This document shows positions 57,395-64,000 of a DNA stretch of 64,000 nt, in pieces (position 1 is the first letter of the stretch; every line of letters begins with the position of its first letter). The translations under genes were made by a program, and so were the position numbers. The notes below the pieces were generated by a model. That model worked only from the letters and a program-made list of their open reading frames with translations. It searched no databases and was not told where the DNA came from. The DNA is taken from sequence record PP712906.1; one strand, written 5' to 3'.

Positions 57395-58002
57395 TGTGTG
57401 GATTATTTGCTGCTAGAAGCAAGCAAGAGCTTATTGAATTGTCAAAAAGCAACATTCATCGTGGTTCGCGTACTCACTCTGTGAGTACGTTTAAGAACGG
57501 TCACGTGACGATTCATAAGTTTACAGGCGCGTTTGACGCGACGAATGTTCCCGATAGTGCAGATTTTTATATCTGTCACGTACAAGCACCAACGGGAACA
57601 AGTGCTCAAGCACATCCCGCTATTGTGACAATCGAAGAGAATGGTCAGTTACACGATTCACACGTGTGGCACAATGGCATTCTTAAAGATCATTACATGA
57701 AAAAGCAGTCTCAAGATTGGGATACTGCACACATTGCCGAAGCAATTTGCTACGGAAAACTAAACGAACTTGACGGTACATTTGCTTGTTTTCACTTCAT
57801 AAACGGTCATTTGCGTGTATTTCGCAATGAAATCAGCCCGCTGTTCATGAGTGAAGACGGGACATCGTTTAGCAGCACGCGAACGATTCTCACGCCAGAG
57901 CATGTTGAGCCGAATAAAGTGTTTAACATCGACTTGAAGACGTTTAAAATGTCAATCGTAAACGAGTTCAAGACTCTAGAAAACCCCTATTTCTTTATGT
58001 GA
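57394..58002 (+). CDS. class II (Ntn) glutamine amidotransferase, stand-alone
   Basis: N-terminal MCG, HRG, HP, WHNG, WDT, DGTFA; TAATG coupled to queC. Confidence 0.88.
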   Translation: MCGLFAARSKQELIELSKSNIHRGSRTHSVSTFKNGHVTIHKFTGAFDATNVPDSADFYICHVQAPTGTSAQAHPAIVTIEENGQLHDSHVWHNGILKDHYMKKQSQDWDTAHIAEAICYGKLNELDGTFACFHFINGHLRVFRNEISPLFMSEDGTSFSSTRTILTPEHVEPNKVFNIDLKTFKMSIVNEFKTLENPYFFM

Positions 58003-58010
58003 GGTAAAAC

Positions 58011-58286
58011 ATGATTGAAGTGAATATCGACGACTTGCTTAAAAACGGCAAAGTCACATTTGAATTTGAGAAAGCAGACGGTACTATCAAGACAGTGACT
58101 GGTACGCGCAATCTCGATTTCATCCCTGCTGAGTTTCACCCGAAAGAAAAGCCTTTAGCTGAAGGCGAGACGAAGCCAGAGAAAACAGAAAAGCAAAAAG
58201 CAACATGCGGTTATTTCGATCTTGAAGCTAACGGCTGGCGCTCATTCAAACGTGCAAATCTTCGCGAAGTAAAATCGTTTGTATAA
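58011..58286 (+). CDS. WYL_2/SH3-like small protein
   Basis: FEKADGTIKTVTGTRN...YFDLEANGWRSF. Confidence 0.75.
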   Translation: MIEVNIDDLLKNGKVTFEFEKADGTIKTVTGTRNLDFIPAEFHPKEKPLAEGETKPEKTEKQKATCGYFDLEANGWRSFKRANLREVKSFV

Positions 58287-58479
58287 CGACCCGTTTGCTG
58301 AACAATTGCGCGTCGGACAGTGGATTCTTCACAAGAAGACGGGTAATGTGTATATAGTAACGAGTAAAGGCAAACTCAAGTTCGACGGTAAATGGTATAA
58401 TTCTGTCACTTACACGAGCGAACTAGGCGACGTATATACAAGAACATACGACGACTTCCGCGGGTTTGAACTAGCATAA
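58279..58479 (+). CDS. hypothetical protein
   Basis: HKKTGNVYIV...YTRTYDDF pattern common to small phage proteins. Confidence 0.6.
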   Translation: MYNDPFAEQLRVGQWILHKKTGNVYIVTSKGKLKFDGKWYNSVTYTSELGDVYTRTYDDFRGFELA

Positions 58480-58584
58480 GTCCGCACTGAGAGACGGTCG
58501 CAGTGCGCTGATAAAACAGCGATCAACAAATAGGAGTGATGGGACCTAACTCATCAATTCATCAACTTTCGTGAGATCTATATA

Positions 58585-58791
58585 ATGGCTACAGATAAAG
58601 AATTACTCAATGACGTAAACAACTTCTGGATTGGTTGGGATCAACGCGGTCCCGAGAGTCGAGATTACGATGTTGAGCACGGTAATATGCGCAAGAAATG
58701 TCGTGAGTTTGAAGAGCGTAAGAAAGCTACAGACGAACGCATTGCAGCATTTGAAGAAACACGAAACAAATACAAAAGACGAGAGAAATAA
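58585..58791 (+). CDS. hypothetical protein
   Basis: TAATG coupled to gene 31. Confidence 0.65.
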   Translation: MATDKELLNDVNNFWIGWDQRGPESRDYDVEHGNMRKKCREFEERKKATDERIAAFEETRNKYKRREK

Positions 58792-59129
58792 TGACACTTA
58801 AAGCATACGCAATGGGCGAACAAATCATCATCGACACAAAAGCTGTTAAAGAAGGTGAAGAAATCAAATCCGAAGGCGGCATCGTTCTAGGACGTGCAAC
58901 ACAAGGTGAAGTTCCGCTACACGGTATCGTAATTTCTGTCGGTGAAGACGTTGACCAAAACGTCATCAAAGTCGGTGATAAAGTTCTATTACCACAAGGC
59001 AATATGAAAAACGTTCCAGATCCACGCATTATCGCAGGTATCATGAAGCCAGATGATCAAGACCGCGCACTCTGGGTACACACTCACTACAAAAATATCG
59101 CGGCTGTGTATCGCGACGACGAGGAATAA
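58791..59129 (+). CDS. 31: GroES-like co-chaperonin
   Basis: SEGGIVLG mobile loop, GIVISVG, VGDKVLLP, HYKNI. Confidence 0.92.
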   Translation: MTLKAYAMGEQIIIDTKAVKEGEEIKSEGGIVLGRATQGEVPLHGIVISVGEDVDQNVIKVGDKVLLPQGNMKNVPDPRIIAGIMKPDDQDRALWVHTHYKNIAAVYRDDEE

Positions 59130-59130
59130 G

Positions 59131-59520
59131 ATGAACGACAACTTACGAATGATTGAAGTTTCAGCAACTGGTTACTACAGCAACGCTACAGCGGCACATA
59201 CTTGTTGGGTGACTGCTGAATTCGTTGAGAAGTACGAAGACGAAATCAGAAAGTTCGATTTCTACTTCAGCGACCTTGATGGTAAGCATTCTGAAACTCA
59301 TGCTGACATTGAAATCTACTCCGACCAACGTGATATGGCATTGGCGTGGAGCGAATCTCAAGGTGAAGATTGGTCAATTACTGAAATCATGTTCGACCAA
59401 GATGTGTTTGAAGATGCTGATATTGAAGAAATGATCAGCCTGAACGAAGACATGAACAACACAATTGAAGTCAAGACACAAACAGTCATCACAATCGGTA
59501 CTGAAACTATCGTTGTATAA
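59131..59520 (+). CDS. hypothetical acidic protein
   Basis: GAGGA SD before ATG 59131. Confidence 0.7.
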   Translation: MNDNLRMIEVSATGYYSNATAAHTCWVTAEFVEKYEDEIRKFDFYFSDLDGKHSETHADIEIYSDQRDMALAWSESQGEDWSITEIMFDQDVFEDADIEEMISLNEDMNNTIEVKTQTVITIGTETIVV

Positions 59521-59549
59521 TTCAGCGAAAAGTGAAAGTATAGTTACAC

Positions 59550-59575
59550 AAAAGGGAGCTAATTGCTCCCTTTTT
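59550..59575. terminator. bidirectional terminator
   Basis: AAAAGGGAGC-TAATT-GCTCCCTTTTT. Confidence 0.82.
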
Positions 59576-59576
59576 G

Positions 59577-60086
59577 CTATTCATCATCTTCTGCGTAACC
59601 ATACTTGTTGTTGTCAAAGTCACAACGCGGATTATGCAAGAAACTCTTTCTATAAATCTTCTCTAAATCACTCTTCTTAGCGTTGTCTGGGTACTTAATA
59701 CCTAGACTGTCCAAATGTTCCTTTTGCTCTTGCAGCTTCAATCGACTGAAGATCTTAGTTTGGTCTTTCGGATGCTGTGGGTGATAATCATTATCTGAGT
59801 AATCGGCTTCTAGGTAATCAACGAGATTACGCAACCACTGAACGTAATTTATTCCACGCCCTTTCAAACCAGAGCGAGTGAACTTGTGAATAACAACACC
59901 CTCGTAAGTGTTGCACGCACGGCAAAGAACGCCACGAATATGACCAGTATTATGGTCATGATCAGTATGCGGTGTGCTCTTCTCTTCACTCAGTTTCGTC
60001 CCACATAACACACAACGGTCAAGTTGGCTCATGATGAGTTCGTTGCGGCATTCGGTCAGTTCTGATTGTTTTAATTGCTTGCTCAT
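59577..60086 (-). CDS. 49: recombination endonuclease VII-like (Holliday junction resolvase)
   Basis: CVLC..DHDH..GHIRGVLCRACN, WLRNLVDYLE, YHPQH and a C-terminal dimerisation helix. Confidence 0.88.
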   Translation of the reverse strand: MSKQLKQSELTECRNELIMSQLDRCVLCGTKLSEEKSTPHTDHDHNTGHIRGVLCRACNTYEGVVIHKFTRSGLKGRGINYVQWLRNLVDYLEADYSDNDYHPQHPKDQTKIFSRLKLQEQKEHLDSLGIKYPDNAKKSDLEKIYRKSFLHNPRCDFDNNKYGYAEDDE

Positions 60087-60165
60087 GTATTTTTCTCAAA
60101 AAGTTATTGACTATACTCTTGTTTATATGTACAATGAGAAGGCAAATTCGTATAAGGAATATAAC

Positions 60166-60420
60166 ATGGCAGCAAGACTATTAAGACAACGACTTGAAAC
60201 ACTCGCGTTGTGTGAGTTTAGTCAAGTTGAAGTGCGATACTTCGAAAACGGTAGCGAACGCTACAAAACACCCGAACTGACATTTGATGTCGATGCAAAT
60301 TCAGCAATCATTGTAATGTCAGACTCAGCCGGTCGAGTTGAATACTCAGACACGGAGATCGAAAAACAAATCGCGAGTCTTGAAGAACTCGCACATCGTG
60401 AACGCTTTTTAGGAATTTAA
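60166..60420 (+). CDS. hypothetical protein
   Basis: TTGACT-N17-TACAAT at 60107-60135; AAGGA SD. Confidence 0.7.
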   Translation: MAARLLRQRLETLALCEFSQVEVRYFENGSERYKTPELTFDVDANSAIIVMSDSAGRVEYSDTEIEKQIASLEELAHRERFLGI

Positions 60421-60429
60421 GGTAAATTT

Positions 60430-61437
60430 ATGAGCTTTGTGAAATACACATCATTAGAAAACAGCTACCGTCAAGCATTCGTAGACAAATGCGACATGCT
60501 TGGCGTTCGCGAGTGGGTAGCACTTGAGAAGATTCACGGTGCTAACTTCAGCTTCATCGTCGAGTTCAAGCCGAATGAAGCACAAGACGGCGCAGAATTC
60601 ACTGTAACGCCCGCTAAACGCACTTCTACTATCGGTGCTAACGTTATGGGCGATTACGACTTCTACGGCTGTACGAGCGTTGTAGAAGCTCACACAGCGA
60701 AGATGGAAGCAATCTCGAACTGGCTGTGGGCGCGTGGGATCATCAATGTAGGTGAAACAATCATCGTCTACGGTGAACTTGCAGGCAAAGGCGTTCAGAA
60801 AGAAGTGAACTACGGTGATAAAGACTTCTGGGCTTACGACATCTTGCTGCCTGAAACAGGCAAGTTTCTAGATTGGGATGTCGTGCTCGAAGCGTGTGAG
60901 TTTGCAAAAGTCAAGACGACTCACGAAATTGCTCGTGGCACACTCGATGAACTACTTCGAATTGACCCCCTCTTCAGAAGCTTTCACACGCCCGCTGACG
61001 TTGACGGTGATAATGTAGCAGAAGGGTTCGTTGTTAAGCAATTACGCAATGAGAAACGCTTACACAACGGTTCTCGTGCAATTCTGAAGGTCAAGAACGA
61101 TAAGTTCAAAGAGAAAAAGAACAAAGCAGGTAAAACTCCGCGTGCTGCTGTTGTTCTTACTGAAGAGCAAGAGAAACTACACGCTGCGTTTAGCTGCTAC
61201 TTAACGGAAAACCGTTTACGCAACGTGCTAAGTAAGCTTGAGACTGTGACACAAAAGCAGTTCGGGATGATCAGCGGTTTATTCATCAAAGACGCCAAAG
61301 ATGAGTTTGAGCGTGACGAACTCAACGAAACGGCAATTGCTCGTGATGATTGGGACGTGATCAAGCGTTCACTGACGAATATCGCCAATGAAATTTTACG
61401 CAAGAACTGGCTGGATATTCTAGACGGGAATTTCTAA
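60430..61437 (+). CDS. rnl2: RNA ligase 2
   Basis: FVKYTSLEN, EKIHGANFS, VYGELAG, AEGFVVK, ILKVKNDKFKE. Confidence 0.96.
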   Translation: MSFVKYTSLENSYRQAFVDKCDMLGVREWVALEKIHGANFSFIVEFKPNEAQDGAEFTVTPAKRTSTIGANVMGDYDFYGCTSVVEAHTAKMEAISNWLWARGIINVGETIIVYGELAGKGVQKEVNYGDKDFWAYDILLPETGKFLDWDVVLEACEFAKVKTTHEIARGTLDELLRIDPLFRSFHTPADVDGDNVAEGFVVKQLRNEKRLHNGSRAILKVKNDKFKEKKNKAGKTPRAAVVLTEEQEKLHAAFSCYLTENRLRNVLSKLETVTQKQFGMISGLFIKDAKDEFERDELNETAIARDDWDVIKRSLTNIANEILRKNWLDILDGNF

Positions 61438-61439
61438 AC

Positions 61440-61634
61440 TTGAAAAAGCGTGCGTGGTTCTTTGTATTTTGCGGAATCGGTGCTATAAGCTACTTCGGTG
61501 GCTTATTCTTAGCGTCGCTGCTTATCTCGAAGTCAATCGAAGCATCTATAATGTTCATCGGAATCGTGTTTCTAGCCCTCTTAAATACAATCAGAGCGGG
61601 CATCGAAGAAGATGAAAACAACAAAGCCCCTTAA
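61440..61634 (+). CDS. small membrane protein
   Basis: Two TM segments; TTG start. Confidence 0.55.
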   Translation: MKKRAWFFVFCGIGAISYFGGLFLASLLISKSIEASIMFIGIVFLALLNTIRAGIEEDENNKAP

Positions 61635-61647
61635 TTGGGGCTTTTTT
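61623..61647 (+). terminator. rho-independent terminator
   Basis: AAAGCCCC-TTAATT-GGGGCTTTTTT. Confidence 0.82.
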
Positions 61648-61661
61648 ATGGGTGAAAGAAA

Positions 61662-62210
61662 ATGGCATTTATGAAAAAAGAGAAAGACGCAAAAGACATT
61701 ACCGAAGCAGATATGCAGTACGCAATTGCAGTACAAAGCGTATGGATTCACAAACGCTACACAGCGATTATTCCAAACTGTTACACCAAATGGGATAATG
61801 AAGCTGATCTGTTTGCTATTCGTCCAAGTGGTCTTTGTGATGAGATTGAAATCAAAGTATCCAAAGCTGATTTTCGAATTGATGAACAAAAATCCGTTAA
61901 GGTCATCGACGAAAGTACGCCAAATTTACGTTGGCATCGTTATGAAGACGTTCCAAAACGCACAGCATTGCAAGATGGTAAAATGTCGAACTACTTCTGG
62001 TATGCATTCCCTAAAGGGCTTGTAGACCACTCTGAAGTCCCAGAATGGGCTGGTATAATCGAAGTGGATGGATTTCTGAACGCCAGAGAAGTAAGAATGC
62101 CTAAACGTCTGCATGGCGGTAAGATGACAATCGAAGAACAGCTAAAGCAAATCAAGAAACTTGGATATCGCTTCTGGAATCTGGTTAAAAAGAACAAAAA
62201 GGAACAGTGA
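61662..62210 (+). CDS. MmcB-like PD-(D/E)xK nuclease-fold protein
   Basis: EADLFAI..DEIEIKVSKADFRID; NYFWYAFP; AGII. Confidence 0.8.
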   Translation: MAFMKKEKDAKDITEADMQYAIAVQSVWIHKRYTAIIPNCYTKWDNEADLFAIRPSGLCDEIEIKVSKADFRIDEQKSVKVIDESTPNLRWHRYEDVPKRTALQDGKMSNYFWYAFPKGLVDHSEVPEWAGIIEVDGFLNAREVRMPKRLHGGKMTIEEQLKQIKKLGYRFWNLVKKNKKEQ

Positions 62211-62283
62211 GGCGGAAAAATTCCGCATCATCTTAGTAGAATTAGTAGTTTTAGTGAAGTTAGAGATATTAGTAGTATTAGGA
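62208..62283. repeat. hairpin plus 9-bp-period TTAG array (copy 2)
   Basis: TTAG at 62233, 62242, 62251, 62260, 62269, 62278 after TGAGGCGGAAAAATTCCGCATCA. Confidence 0.85.
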
Positions 62284-62321
62284 GATTGAAAATGACTTGA
62301 AAAAGTTGTTGACAGTCTCCT

Positions 62322-62350
62322 TTTTTGATCGTACTATACAGTCCTTGAAA
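62322..62350 (+). promoter_or_regulatory. sigma70-type early promoter
   Basis: TTGACA-N17-TACTAT upstream of the ArdA-like gene. Confidence 0.75.
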
Positions 62351-62371
62351 CAAATTATGTGAGTGAAGACT

Positions 62372-62899
62372 ATGAGCTTGAGTGAACGTGAAGAAGAGCT
62401 AAAAGCATTAGCTATCGACCATGTGTGTGACGATGAAGTTGCTGTCACCGTTTCATGCGCTGGTATGAGTAATTACTACACTGTTTGCCCGTCAGAGTTC
62501 AAAGACTTTTTGGACAACCATGAGGGAACATCTTATGTAGCATTTGAATGGCACAACATCCCAGACGATTTACAAGATGAAGAACTAGACTTCGATGGTC
62601 TACTTGCTTGGTTCAATCTAGATGAACATGAGCGTGAAATCTGCGAAGCATTGTATGATAATAACGTTTGTATGTCATACGAAGATGCAGCCGAGAAAGT
62701 CAGTGACTGTTGGGTTTTTGAAGGCACGAGCGAAGACTATGCAAGACATGTAACGTCTGAATTAATGGGCATTCGCTTAGAAGATATGCCTGTCATTGTA
62801 AGCAGCAACATCAACTGGGGTGATGTATTCATCGACCTTGACGCAGAAGGTAGTATCTACGAAATTGGTCGCGACAAATACTTAACAGTACACGGTTAA
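62372..62899 (+). CDS. ArdA-like antirestriction (DNA-mimic) protein
   Basis: Strongly acidic; FEWHNIP, EDYARHV, DMP..VSSNINWGDVFIDL resemble ArdA motifs. Confidence 0.62.
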   Translation: MSLSEREEELKALAIDHVCDDEVAVTVSCAGMSNYYTVCPSEFKDFLDNHEGTSYVAFEWHNIPDDLQDEELDFDGLLAWFNLDEHEREICEALYDNNVCMSYEDAAEKVSDCWVFEGTSEDYARHVTSELMGIRLEDMPVIVSSNINWGDVFIDLDAEGSIYEIGRDKYLTVHG

Positions 62900-62901
62900 A
62901 A

Positions 62902-63480
62902 ATGAGTAGCACAAAAGGTAACGTTAACAAAGACGATTACTACGCTACGCCAGACTGGATTGTTGAAGAGTTTCTTGAAAATTTCGAGAGACGGATACAC
63001 ACAACTCATCATTTGAGTATGCCTGCTATGCATGTTCTTGACCCATCATGTGGTGGTTGTTCTGAACACAAAGCAGCATATCCAGTAGCTTACAAGAAAT
63101 TGTATCATGTCGATATTGACACAATGGATATTCGTGAAGACAGTCACGCGCAAATTATCGCGAACTATCTCGAAACTGATGTTCAGAAGAATCATTACGA
63201 CATGATCATGACGAACCCGCCGTTCAGCTTATCAGTTGATTTTGCTGAGAAAGCACTGAGCGAAATCAAGAACGGTGGTTATGTCGTCATGCTACAGCGT
63301 CTGAACTGGCTAGGTAGTATCAAAAGAAAGCCTTTCTGGGACACAATGCCCCTGAGAGCAGTGATGGTTCACCATCGTCGACCATCATTCCATGGTACAA
63401 AAGGCACAGACTCGATTGAGTACGCGCACTTTGTATTTCAAAAAGGTTACGCAGGTAAAGCAGAGATTATAGTAATATGA
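62902..63480 (+). CDS. DNA N6-adenine (amino) methyltransferase
   Basis: DDYYATP, VLDPSCG, TNPPFS. Confidence 0.9.
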   Translation: MSSTKGNVNKDDYYATPDWIVEEFLENFERRIHTTHHLSMPAMHVLDPSCGGCSEHKAAYPVAYKKLYHVDIDTMDIREDSHAQIIANYLETDVQKNHYDMIMTNPPFSLSVDFAEKALSEIKNGGYVVMLQRLNWLGSIKRKPFWDTMPLRAVMVHHRRPSFHGTKGTDSIEYAHFVFQKGYAGKAEIIVI

Positions 63481-63686
63481 TTACTTCAGTTGAAACTTAT
63501 GAAGGTCTACTAGACACATTCGAAAAACCACAACCAATGAAAATTGTGACTGGTGAGATTCACTATTCATTATTTGGCATTCCGTTGCTTCGTCGCAAAT
63601 GCGAACTATTGCTAGAGACTTACTTGGTTTCAACTGACTCTATGCTCGGTGATGTTTACATGTGGGACGTGGCAAAACGTTTATGA
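63477..63686 (+). CDS. hypothetical protein
   Basis: ATGA coupling. Confidence 0.55.
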   Translation: MITSVETYEGLLDTFEKPQPMKIVTGEIHYSLFGIPLLRRKCELLLETYLVSTDSMLGDVYMWDVAKRL

Positions 63687-63706
63687 GAAAATTATTAAGG
63701 GGACTT

Positions 63707-64000
63707 ATGTCCAATTTCAAAGCAAATCTAAAAAGTCGCAGTACAATTAAGATCAATGGTACTGAGTATCACGGTACAAGTGTGACGATCAAAAACGGCA
63801 AAGTCGTCGTTGACGGTCGTTTGCAAGGTGACATTGATGATCGCGTGGTGAACGTGTATATTGATGGTGACTGTACGCTTGTTCAGAACGAGAACGGCAA
63901 TATTGCATGTCGTAACGTACAAGGTGACGTGTCAACGACTAATGGCGACATTGAATGTGACGATGTTAACGGTTCAGTGTCATCAACGAACGGCGACATT
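63707..64000 (+). CDS. beta-helix repeat protein (3'-truncated)
   Basis: AAGGGG SD; repeats V.GDVST.NGDI; runs off the window end. Confidence 0.7.
   Translation, partial: MSNFKANLKSRSTIKINGTEYHGTSVTIKNGKVVVDGRLQGDIDDRVVNVYIDGDCTLVQNENGNIACRNVQGDVSTTNGDIECDDVNGSVSSTNGDI

Noticed and set aside
58480-58560. TPP, preQ1 or HDV-like riboswitch/ribozyme (CTGAGA, CTGAT..CAGCG, GGGAC fragments)
   Set aside because: The core consensus elements and topology are missing; only a generic structured element is reported.
1-64000. tRNA genes, introns or inteins
   Set aside because: No cloverleaf with CCA in the intergenic gaps, and td (partial), gene 43, gene 30 and folE read as uninterrupted ORFs of ordinary length.

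Overview
64 kb of a large lytic T4-like myophage genome. Gene content and order best fit the Vibrio phage KVP40 group (Schizotequatrovirus-like); this is inferred from recalled family motifs and synteny, not from a database search. The window is densely coding and mostly on the + strand. It holds the replication/recombination core (td, fused topoisomerase 39+60, ligase 30, late sigma 55, 47, 46, 45.2, 45, 44, 62, regA, 43), RNA repair genes (rnlA, pseT, rnl2), spanins, gp31, a short gp24-like capsid paralog, and a 7-deazaguanine DNA-modification cluster (queD-like, folE, dpdA/TGT-like, queF, queC, stand-alone Gat). It also has two free-standing HNH homing endonucleases, NAD/ADP-ribose enzymes (Sir2, Alt-like ART, NADAR, macrodomain) and many small accessory ORFs. 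I recognised no tRNA, rRNA or CRISPR array. The most striking unexplained structures are: (1) nine dispersed genes, most behind late-promoter motifs, whose products begin with a T4-type capsid-targeting/gp21-cleavable leader, including a SAM methyltransferase, an HExxH peptidase, an ART with a DxD catalytic loop and a four-member modular paralog family, suggesting an injected effector arsenal; (2) two copies, about 45 kb apart, of a hairpin followed by TTAG repeated at an exact 9-bp period; (3) two distinct sigma70-like promoter classes, one with a conserved CATCRAAACGA box at the start site, plus a CRP-like site at about -61.5; (4) an ArdA-like antirestriction gene.
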